The notes under the pieces were generated by a model. It was not told the DNA's origin, ran no database searches, and saw only the letters and a program-made list of their open reading frames with translations. A stretch of DNA of 64,000 nucleotides from Toensbergia leucococca (Eukaryota), in NCBI GenBank assembly GCA_022813965.1, contig JALDZS010000030.1, positions 1-64,000 on the forward strand, written 5' to 3'. The translations under genes were made by a program, and so were the position numbers. How positions within the stretch are numbered: position 1 is the first letter of the stretch; each line of letters opens with the position of its first letter. Positions 1 to 10,526 of the stretch are shown here, piece by piece.

Positions 1-315
1 AATCCAGGATGCGCGTCTCCATCCATAGGTGCTAGTTGCCAAAGCAATCATGCTGTCAATCTCATCCTGATGTAATAAAGGTGGCCGGCCTGAACGGGAT
101 CCAGGAGGTGTATTCTCTGTGTGAAAAGAAGAAGAGCCTGATAAGTCTGACTGTTTGAGGGTGTGATGAGCGATGCGAGAAATGGTGGATTTATTTACAT
201 TAAGATTGAATTGTATGACTTTGAGAGGGGTTCTCTGAATATTTCTTGCATAGGCAATTGCACCCCGGGTAGAAGGGCTAATTTCAGGCCCACGGCCACG
301 TCTTTGTGCTGACAT
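1..315 (-). CDS. Tc1/mariner transposase N-terminal DNA-binding region (partial, not in the ORF track)
   Basis: Manual translation gives MSAQRRGRGPEISPSTRGAIAYARNIQRTPLKVIQFNLNVNKSTISRIAHH...GSRSGRPPLLHQDEIDSMIALATSTYGWRRASWI, open to the edge. It has an HTH-like NVNKSTISRI segment and an RSGRP linker typical of Tc1 transposases. Confidence 0.7.
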   Translation of the reverse strand, partial: MSAQRRGRGPEISPSTRGAIAYARNIQRTPLKVIQFNLNVNKSTISRIAHHTLKQSDLSGSSSFHTENTPPGSRSGRPPLLHQDEIDSMIALATSTYGWRRASWI

Positions 316-444
316 TGAGGGTAGGGTGTTGATGAATAGAAGAATAGCGATCAAAAAGCGTGTTGTTGTTATGATTCTATTCAGATACGTTGACTCAAAA
401 TTCCTACGTTGGCCATTTGCAATACTTTAAAAATTGACCTCGTA
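1..444 (-). mobile_element. One end of a Tc1/mariner-type DNA transposon, truncated by the window edge
   Basis: A transposase-like ORF starts at 315 on the minus strand. About 130 bp upstream the minus strand reads TA|CGAGGTCAATTTTTAAAGTATTGC (TA at 443-444), resembling a mariner-type TIR start next to a TA target site. The partner TIR is outside the window. Confidence 0.6.
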
Positions 445-666
445 CTCGTAGATAATGAACCTAGAATATATCATGTGATCAAGCAAACAATCGAAGAATG
501 GCCAGAGGACGGAGTATTATCTCCGTCGTTTGTCAGTAGTTGGTGCGTCGGTTACCTCCGATAATCATCAGTCAATGTTGAAAAGATTTCTTTTTTGAAA
601 TAGGCAGATGATTCTGATGTTTGATTCGCACCCTTTGACAAGCCTGCGACTGGAAAGTTGGTTGCG

Positions 667-3235
667 ATGGCCGCCTTGATGGAGAACTCCAATGAAGGTG
701 ATGCAGAAAGACGAGCGTCCAGAAAGGAACATGTCGCACATTATCCAGAGAGCATAGAGACATTGAGGGAAAGAGAGTATCCAATGCTTCAAGGTGACAA
801 GCCTATACAAAAGCTACCTGGCCTGGTAATTGACAAGTGCGATAGGCACGACATATCTTGACCATGCTGGTACGACATTGTACCCAAAATCTCTTATCGA
901 CGACTTTTCCAGGGACATGATGTCAAGTCTCATGGGAAATCCCCACTCTGGCTCAGCCTCTTCTCAGCTGTCGTCACGACGAATTGAAGACGTTCGGCAC
1001 AGAGTACTGCGGCTTTTCAGGGCCAACCCAGATCATTTCGATGTTGTCTTTGTGGCCAATGCTACCGCAGGCATCAAGCTGGTCATGGAAGCTTTTCGAG
1101 AGCATGATGGTGGCTTCTGGTACGGATATCATGGGGACGCTCATACAAGCCTGGTTGGAGTGCGTGAAAACGCTGCCAAAGGGCACAAGTGCTTCACTAC
1201 AGACGAAGAGGTGGAGAGCTGGCTGTCTGGACAACACGAGGAAGTGATGAAGAAGTCTGATCTTGGACTGTTTACATATCCTGCGCAATCGAACATGAAT
1301 GGACGGAGGTTACCAATTGGGTGGCCTAATCGTCTCCGGTCAAGAAGCCACTCTCAGCAACGGCGCATGTACACCCTACTTGATGCTGCAGCTTTGGTAT
1401 CGACATCTCCGCTTGACCTCAGCGATGCTTCCCAAGCACCTGATTTCACTGTCTTAAGCTTCTATAAAATATTTGGCTTCCCAGATCTAGGAGCCTTGAT
1501 CATCCGTCAGGAATCTGGTCCCGTTATGCAAAATCGGAAATATTTTGGTGGAGGTACTGTGGAAATGGTGACGTGCTTAAAGGAGCAATGGTATCTGAGG
1601 AAGGAGGACAATTTACACGAGCAGCTTGAAGATGGTACTTTGCCAATTCATAACATCATTGCTCTCGACAGCGCTCTTAATGTCCACGAGAAATTGTTTC
1701 ATTCCATTGAGCTAATCTCGTCCCATACATCTTTCCTAGCAAGTAATCTCTATACTAGGCTTTCTGGGCTGCGTCACCGCAATGGCTCTACTGTTTGTAC
1801 GATCTACAAAGGTGTTTCATCCTCTTATGAAAATCCACGAACCCAAGGACCAGTTATAGCTCTCAATCTTCAAGACAGTCAAGGGGCATGGATCAGCAAT
1901 TTCGAAATTGAAAAGCTGGCTGCTATAAAGAACATCCAATTCCGGAGCGGTGGTCTCTGCAACCCGGGAGGCATTGCCTCTTCCTTAGATTTGGCGCCCT
2001 GGGAGATGAAGCGAAACTTCTCAGTAGGCCAAAGATGTGGAAGCGAGAACGACATTCTTGGTGGAAAGCCAACGGGCGTGATTAGAGTAAGTTTCGGCGC
2101 CATGAGCAACATGCAAGACGCAACAACCTTCGTCGAATTCGTCGAGGAGTTCTTCGTGGACAATGGAGAAGTACCTCAACGAGACCCGATAGCTTCACAG
2201 ACCCGCAGCGACTTTTACGTGGAAAAACTTACAATATACCCCATCAAAAGCTGTGGCGGCTGGCCCATACCACCAGATATAGCCTGGGATATCAAGCCCG
2301 AAGGTCTGGCCTGGGACCGTGAATGGAGCCTAGTCCACCTAAGTACCCACACAGCTCTCAGCCAAAAGCGCTATCCCAAAATGGCCCTCCTTCGACCTTG
2401 CATCGACCTCGCCGCCGGCCTTTTACGCATCCACTACAACGGCTCCACTCCACCCTCAACTCCCTCTGAAATCACGGTCCCTCTCTCCGCGGACCCCATC
2501 ATGTTCAAATTCCCAGGAAACCCTCCTTCCTTCTCGCGCGTCTGCGGCGACACCATCCACACCCACACCTACGTCTCCCAAGCCATCGCCACATTCTTCA
2601 CAAATACAATCGGCACCCCCTGCACCCTAGCCCGCTACCCGGCCTCCACCACCACCGGTGCCACAACGCGGCACTCAAAAGCACACCTGCAACCACACCA
2701 GACACCTTACATCAACACCAGCACCAGCATCACCCCCACCTCATCACCCCCCCGCCCAATCCTCCTCTCAAACGAAAGTCCCATTCTAACCATCTCCCGC
2801 TCAAGCCTCAACCGGCTCAACGAATCCATAAAACTAACCTCGGGCAAAGCCGCCCACGCCTCCGTCTTCCGCGCCAACATCATCCTGGCCGAAAATCCCG
2901 CCTCGCCACCGGGCGCAGAGCAACCCTACATCGAAGACACATGGCGCCACATGCGCATCGGAGGCAACAATGACGAGCAGCAACAGCGGCCGGCGTGCTA
3001 CTTTGAGATCTTGGGCTCGTGTCGCCGGTGTCAGATGGTGTGCGTGGATCAGGAGAGTGGAGAGAAGAACGAGGAGCCTTTTGTTACGTTGGCGAAGACG
3101 AGGCGGTTTGGGGGCAAGGTTTTCTTTGGGCAGCATACTGGGTTGGTCGGAAGGGGCGGGAGGGTGAGGGTTGGGGATCGGGTGGTTGGATTTGGGGAGG
3201 GGGAGTGGGAGGAGGGTTGGTTGGAGGGGCGATGA
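667..3235 (+). CDS. hxB: Molybdenum cofactor sulfurase (aminotransferase class V + MOSC domains)
   Basis: Motifs YLDHAGTT, SFYKIFGFPDLGAL (PLP lysine), RSGGLCNPGG, IYPIKSC, WDREW and CRRCQMVC. Exon 1 (ATG 667 or 679) joins via intron 794-845 (GT..AG) to give EYPMLQGTTYLDHAG. Confidence 0.95.
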
Positions 3236-3757
3236 TGTGGGGTGGTGGGCTGCCGTTTGCGGTAATTGGGTGAGAGTTGTGCCTGAGTGTGATAAAGTGA
3301 TCTTGTATGAGGTATTGCTGTGAGGGTGTCACTTATCAACGAGTTTCCTGATCTCGCTCATCTGATTTCGCCTTTGGTAAAGATCTGAGATTGATGGCGG
3401 GTTTTTTTAGCAGATATGCGTAAAAGAAAAGGAAGACGAGGATCCAGAGTAACACCATAGGTAAACTTTGATATTCACCTTCAACTTGGGCTACGCAATG
3501 CGTACATGTGCCAATTCCTCACTCACCAACACCAACCCTCAAAGGCCAAGAACACACTCTGCGAGAACTCAATCCTCTCCCTCGTACTAAGGGTATCAGC
3601 AGCCTCGTGACCCCAACACCAAGACATCCATCCCCATCAAGCCCTCTTTAGTCTTCCCTCCAGCCCACCGATCCACCGACGACACCCAGCATGTAATTCC
3701 ACGACACCCCACCCCCCCCCCAAAATCCCCTACCCCTCCCACTCCCACCATCTCCAA

Positions 3758-4826
3758 CTACCCCATCATCACAACCCCCAAATGCACCCACCCATCCAAA
3801 TACGCCGCCCCGAGCACTAGCTCCTCAAGCCCAGCCCCCAACGGCACCACCGCCCCGTGCAGTACCGGCCGCGCCAGGATCGGAATGCGTCTGCTAGGAA
3901 AGAGGGCTGGGAGAAGGAAGTGCAGGGCTGTGCCGAGGGTTTGGGAGGGCGGGAGGAGGAATTGTAGGATGCGGAGGTGGTTGGGGGAAGGGTTTGCTGT
4001 TGTTGGGGAGGTGGAGTTCGGAGGGGTGGGGAGGTAGATTTTTAGGGGGAGGTGGCGGAGTGGGGGCGCGTGGGGAGGAAGGAGCTTTTGGAGGATGGGG
4101 GTGTAGAGGGTTTGGTTTTCTGTGAGGCAGGGAGGGGGTTAGCAGCAGGTGTGGTTTGGGTTTGGGATATCTTCTTGGGGGTTTTGGAGGGGGAAGAGGG
4201 GGGGATGTTGTCCCGACGTACGCTCTTCCACGGCTCGCCATAGCTGCGTCGAATCGTCCTTTGACAAGGACATGATTCCCCGTGCCGTTCCGTTCCGAAG
4301 GAAATCCGCCTCCTTGACACTGTTTATGAAGGCGTCGTGCAACACTTTGCCCTCGGCATCCAGGCGCACGAGCTGCTCGTCTGGCCAGTCTGTGAAGTGC
4401 AGGACTAAGTTCCAGGGTAAGTGCTCGCGGTTTTCGTCTACGAAGGAGGTGGAGGAAGGACGATCGGGGGTTGGGGCTTGAGCGGGTGAGGCGCCGGAGA
4501 AGAGGTCGTAGAGCAAGCCGAGGGGGTAGTGCCATTTCAGGGGGACGGATTCGAAGGAGAACCAGCCGGTGTGGGGGGGAGTGGAGGGGTCGATTAGGGA
4601 GGGGCTGAAGAACGAGTGGAGGCGGGGAAGGAGGAAGGGGAGGTAGGAGAGGCGGGGGTGGTGGATCTGTTTTGAGGGAGGGTGGTCAGTTGAGTGGGTG
4701 TCAATGGGATTGAGGGGTGCATACGAGGTAAGGGTCTGCTTGGTCGTAGGTGCGGCATTCCGAGGGGGAGAGGCGGATTGAGAGGGGGAGGGAGCCGGAC
4801 CAGACTGCTTCTTGAAGGGTTGTCAT
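3758..4826 (-). CDS. ATG5: Autophagy protein 5
   Basis: Spliced model with introns 4667-4724 and 4120-4221: [15 protein letters not shown]...PRLSYLP...[16 protein letters not shown]...LPWNLVLHF...[15 protein letters not shown]...[11 protein letters not shown]...[10 protein letters not shown]...[16 protein letters not shown]. Confidence 0.93.
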
Positions 4827-5505
4827 TGTGAGAGGCTGAGGAGGGGGGGTTCGATGATGTGGTGGTGCTCCGAGAGGCGGGAGCGGTGATGGTTGGTGTT
4901 CATTGTGTTGAAAGATGCATGCTTCTTCTTGCTCGGTGTCACAGATCTGTTTGCACTCGTATGCTAGCTTCCTACAAAGCTGGATCGGTACATGTTCCTA
5001 TGCACACTCATCGTTGAAGCGACGCTGACAAGTGCTTGTCATCATCGGATGATTATGGCCAAGGCGGCGGCATTTATTCTATACACTCTCATTTGGCTAT
5101 TAAGTGCCCAATTACGCGAGGTTTGATAACAATCGTAAGAAACGTGCCCACTGTCAATGACAAGGACTCCGGAGCTCCGACTACCTTCTTTCAACGTATC
5201 ACGCTAGTCAACCAGGGAATCCATTAAAGGGGGATTGCAGGGTTTTGGACATGACACTGGAATGATTTGGGCATTTTATTCAGTTGCTAAAATACGTTTC
5301 ATCTACCAATATTCCGTACTACAAGCACATGAAAATCAAAGTACTTTCTTCTCTCTGGCCCTGGTACGTATGATCTGAAGGCCCGCTACCATGTCCCGAC
5401 TTTCGACTTAGTCAACCTGAGTATGACATGAAAAGCACTCCACTTCTCGTCTCCCTGCCCTCAGATCCACATATCTCATTTCGCTTTTCACAAAGGTAGC
5501 AGACA

Positions 5506-6643
5506 TTATCTCAAAGGCAGATGCGGCCCGATAGTCCCTATTGCTTCTCCCAGAATCTCATACATCGTGTCCTCCTCTTTACCACCCTTGGGGTCACAGA
5601 CGTAGTGGATATGTTTGAATCCACCCGCCACATGCATCTGTGCCACGAAGTCATGTGCATTCCCAATGCCTTTCTTACATTGATCTGCAGCCATCGCCAT
5701 GATGATTCTCGCCTTCTGCGATGCACTTGCCCCGATTAATGAGAATCGGATTAGCCCGTTCTCGTCTACTCCTTCCGGATACTGTAGCTATGTATCAGCC
5801 AGAATCGTTGAGGTAGGGGGCATAAGAACAGACCAGATCGCACCAATGATCCCACGCTGACAAGGCCGCATCTTCATTCAACATGATCTTCTTTTCAGTG
5901 GCATGTATTGCAGTACTGGCCAGCGCGTTCATGACTTCATGACTTAAAGGAGGTCGATCGTATTCCTCGGCTCGAACAGGGCCGGTGTCATTTCCGCTGA
6001 AATACCATTGCTACCATAAGAGTCAGTAATAGAACAAACATGCACGAAACCTAAGCTTACATTCTCTGGTAGAGTGGCTAGCATCTCTTGATAAATTGGA
6101 TCTTCATCTGCAGAGAACGTAGTGAGTTTTGCAAACGCAGCAACGGCTGCAGCCGACGGTACCCATGGAGGTAATAGATGGCTAGCTTGATGGTTCGAAG
6201 GACCAGCCAACGTAGCCGACGGATATTGTTGATCAATCTGAGTATCTCAACTGTCAGCCTCGAATTTTCAGCATTGGATTTATGGGGGCACTAACGACAA
6301 CCTGATTCTCAGTCTCTTCTTGCTCAGTCTCATCTTGGTCAGTCTCATCTTGCTCGGTCCCTTCCTGCTCAGTCTCATCTTGCTCGGTCTCCTCTTGCTC
6401 GAGCATACCGTACGGCTCCAATCCTGATGGTCCCAGTTGTCCATTTGGGAGCTTCGTCCAACACGTCTGGTCGTGATCCCAGACTACTTTTCTTGGATTG
6501 CCATTTTTTCTCGAACAAACGGCGAAATGGGTGCGTCTAATAGTATCACGACGTGTGAAGCTTGAGCCACATAAGCCGCATACAACTTTACGGGGGTGTA
6601 CAGTAGGACGGGGTTTGGTAGACCATATAGGTTGAGTACTCAT
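5506..6643 (-). CDS. Hypothetical multi-exon protein with a C2H2/C2HC-like finger and an acidic repeat
   Basis: ATG 6643; CGLCGSSFTRRDTIRRTHFAVC. Plausible introns at ~6238-6295, ~6011-6060 and near 5790-5845 link ORF fragments 6254-6775, 5944-6210 and 5506-5700. The 3' structure is uncertain. Confidence 0.5.
6308..6400 (-). repeat. 15-bp coding tandem repeat (~6 copies; EQEET/EQDET)
   Basis: Units such as GAGCAAGATGAGACT repeat in frame within the hypothetical gene. Confidence 0.8.
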
Positions 6644-7255
6644 GTTGATGTTGGTAAAACGATGTAGATACGTGGATGGAGGTAATGCCAAGGTAGATAA
6701 TTCGTTGCAAGTGTGTCGATACAGAAATTTCGACGGAGTTTTGTTGATGTAGCTCTGTTGATACAGGTGTACCAATGTAGGTAGAGGTAGCTCTCGCAGG
6801 TCGATACTTGATGTTCTCTTGCCTATGATATTAATACTTTGTCTGAAATGGAAGCCGACGCAGTCAAGAGGAAAAAGAGTTAGTCTGTTGATTTCTAAAC
6901 TATGGGTTCACGGTTAGAGTCTCGGAGTGTTGAGGCTTCAAGTTAGACGGTCAACGAAACTGCATTTGCCCGTTGGGTACAAAGCGCGTGAAGAATTATT
7001 GGGGACCTCCTTGTGCAAATTTCTAGCTAATATACACGCAGAGTTAATTTTAACCAGAACACCCATCTCTTCAGTAGCAACTTTCACATTTCTTGAAGAC
7101 TAGAGGTAGTTTGACGAATACAATACTTCATGCATACTCGCCTCCTCCTAAACCTTCCTTACAGCGCAACAAACACTCCGCCAAGAAGCTGAGCATTTAT
7201 TGGTAATGCAAAGGCTGGGACTGCATCCGTATTGTATTAGGAGTCCATCTGGCCG

Positions 7256-9624
7256 CTAGAGTGACATCAATACCTGTCCGTTGCTTGGCATCGGATGCTC
7301 GCCTTGTTGCTGGTAGTACTTGGTGTACGGATTTTCTCCTCTCCGGATAGCCGCTTCGTCTACTTCGACCCCAGGATGCCCATTTTCCATTATCATGCGT
7401 CGTTGGGTTGTGGCTTCCTTGCTATCTTCCGCAAGCTTGATCTTCATTACAGATTGGACAGAGAAAGGTCTGAAGTTGACACATGTCATTGGTCTGTCTT
7501 ACTTTGAAGAATATGGTCTTGGGAGATACTTACCCGTTGGCCTCACGATCCAGTGTCATATATTCCTTTGCTGCATCCTTGGTACCTCTTTCAAGTAGAT
7601 AGACCATGTAGTAATGGGAGATATCTTTGATTGTAAGTGGAGGTAGATGGCTTTTCCTTCTTATGTCTTCGTGGACCTGCTTGATCCTTTGATATTGAAC
7701 GGGCTCTGTCTCAGCACTAGTAGGTTGCTCAAGCTCGAAGAAAAGGTAATTGATCCAGAAAGCTCTACTATCGAGATACCAATGCTGATTCCTCTGGAAT
7801 ACTTGACGAGCCTCCTCCACCGATCCCTTGACTTTCCATAACAGGCGAGCCCACTCCGCTACTAAAGCCGCCTTGGCGTAGATATCGCATAAGGGAGAAT
7901 CAATTTGCGCTTTGTAAACTTCAATGGCCGCTTCAAGACCACCGTGACGTCGAGATAAGTTGGCCAGTGAAATGATTGTCTCAATATGGCCAGGTAGATT
8001 AAGAAGGATGGCTTGATGGACGTCTTTCGCAACTTCGACTCTATTGGAAATTTCCTCAAAATATGCATATTGAAGGCGAACTGCCGGCCTCGATATGGGA
8101 ACATATAGCATGCTTGCTCTCTGGTACACGTTTCGTACTTCCTCTTCCTTTCCGTGCTGTGCAAGCATCCAACGAGCATAGCGTAGCCAGAACTCGTCGT
8201 AGTAAGCACAGGTCACTAGGCATCGCTCGTATAGGAATTGTGTTCTCGAATAGTCACCTTCAACCTCTTCAAAGTCGAGATATTTCCGCCAATTGATCAT
8301 TTGGCCTTCGTCGAGTTCAGTGACGTGAAAGTAGGGGCGCTTAATTTCTGATTCGTAGGTCCATCGTTTAGTCGTTTCTGTCTGTGTTCTAGAAAATATT
8401 TCAAGATGGAAATTGTCGATTCTGGTCCTCATCTCTCTCTCGATCTCCAGCTCTCCACTCATTTTAATCTGCTGCGAACCAGCTTGGACATTCGCTGCGC
8501 CCTCATTCTCTATTTCTGCCCGAAACTGATCCAACATATCGGCTGGCAGGAGTTCATGCAGTGGTCTTGACTGTGCAAGCTGACGATAGCGTTCAAAATA
8601 GCGAGCATACTGGTGCATTGGTACATGTACCACACGATCCAGGATAGCAAAGATCTTGTCATAGGCTTCTAGGCGCTCTTCAAACTCCAAGTACTTGTCC
8701 CAAAAAGGATGGGCCAGAAAGTCAAGACCCACACAACTAGCACCCCTCTCATATAATCTATGGACAGATGTGTCAGTAAGATATCGCGAGCAAGGGGGAG
8801 GAAATCGCAAAGAAAAGGCAGAGAGGGCAGCAAACATAGAAGGTAGTGAGTGGTCAGATCATCTTGAAGCTCCAATCCACCAAACGTCATTTCGAATGCA
8901 AAATATGGGACATCGGACGATGGTCAAGGTGTGAGCGATAGAAAAGAAAGCGCCTGAATTTCATATGTGAGAAGCAATCTTGAATGTCTGGTTGTGACTT
9001 TCTCACCCGTCTACAAGCCGAGCTTTGAGAATCCTTGATCACCTCTTGAGGCTGCAGAGGAGCTCATACTGTAGATGCTGCAGTTATGGGAAGGAAAGCA
9101 TGTCTTTCTCTACTTACTCTCGAATCACGTCCGAGTCGTGGCTGGTCTCGACTTTGAAGGCGCAATAATTCGTCCACAAGTCCACCGAATTAGTGATGCT
9201 GGCCACACCACGCTCGTATACCTGGACCATGTCAGTATATAGCTTCCTTATTCGAACATGCTTTCGAGGTATCTTACTAGCTCGGCAGCCTCGGTACCGG
9301 CGATTGAAAATTCCAAATCGGCATACTTTTTCCAATACCCAAAAAGTAAAGGGAATTTTGCTAGAAATCGGTCGTAAATATCTCTTGTAGCTACAATCGA
9401 CTGAGGGCTGGAGTTGCGGGTGATGCCGCCTTCGAGAGATTCTGCAGCGCGGACCAGCTTCTCCCAATTCTCGAAGCTGTCGGCATCCTCGAGCTTCAGA
9501 ATATGTTAGTCGGTCAACTTAGAGGATAATCAACGATAGTGCTAAAAGGACATACCACTTCGGCATTCAGCTTCTTGAGCTCAGCGTTCTCTTCGTCTGT
9601 GCCTCCAAAGCTGTAATCGGCCAT
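7256..9624 (-). CDS. PRP39: U1 snRNP pre-mRNA processing factor 39 (HAT repeats)
   Basis: ATG 9624 (MADYSFGG). Motifs FPLLFGYWKKYA, SVDLWTNYC, GLDFLAHPFWDKYLEFE, IKRPYFHV and LYERCLVTCAYYDEFW. Several introns, including one of 360 nt (8758-9117). The exact last codon is uncertain. Confidence 0.93.
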
Positions 9625-10526
9625 GGCGCCGCAGATCGAATAGTGGACTCTCAGCCCGATGAATCCCCGTCAGAAGTCGAACGCTACTTCGGCGTTGGAA
9701 AAGATGGAAGCAGTACTGTAAAACTCGTGGTTGTTGTGCGTGATGGATTTTGGACTAACGAAGAATTCAAATTGATGCAAATCGCACGAAGGTTGAAAGT
9801 TGAAGATAGTCACAGGCGGCGCTTCATAGGTAAGGTAAGCTGCCACCTGCGAAATACTTTAGCGAGATTTGCACTATTCTACATACGGGGCACTATTCGT
9901 GCAGTCTATGTTATTTACAGGTCACCGAGTCACCGTAGTGGATCGGTCTACAGAAGTTGGGACATACGCACATACGGTAGTATTGTGAGGGATTTCTGTT
10001 CTACTGTGATATCAACTGTTAGAGATCAAGACACCTTCGAGGTTGTACAGTCCATAGATAAAGCAAAATACTATTGATGAAGAACGTCAAGGAGGCCGAC
10101 ATTGTATCAAGTAATAATTGAAGGAAGAGAAATAAGACTCTATCATTGAGGAGGATTAGGTCTTTGGGCATGAGAGTAGAAAATGCAACGTTGTCTGAAA
10201 ACTAGAAGAACCAAGAAGTAGAAGCATACTTCAATTGCTTTTCTCACCAGATTTGTTCATTTTACAACATTGTTGCTACCCGAGCTCGAGTCGGTGTGTT
10301 CCAGAATTTGTGAAAGATCGCCCTGACTATTCGAGCATTTGACGGACAGAAGTTTTCTCCCATGGAACTATATGCGACAGGTCAAAACACGGCTTAAGGC
10401 ATGAGAGGCCCTCTTGGGTTCTTGGAAAGATAAGTAAAAGTACGCTTAGCTTGCGCTTTCAATATCGAAGTACGGGGTATCCCATACGCAATCGAACTAA
10501 TTCCCACGTATTGCTCATCCTACGGA

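Noticed and set aside
3340..3412. Hairpin with TTTCGCCTTT...AAAGAT followed by a T-run, resembling U5 snRNA
   Set aside because: The invariant U5 loop GCCUUUUAC is absent (it reads GCCTTTGGT), and the sequence lies in the hxB 3' region.
3049..4535. Pro-rich and Gly-rich ORFs in the track overlapping hxB and ATG5
   Set aside because: Alternative-frame or antisense artefacts of the extreme C/G skew.
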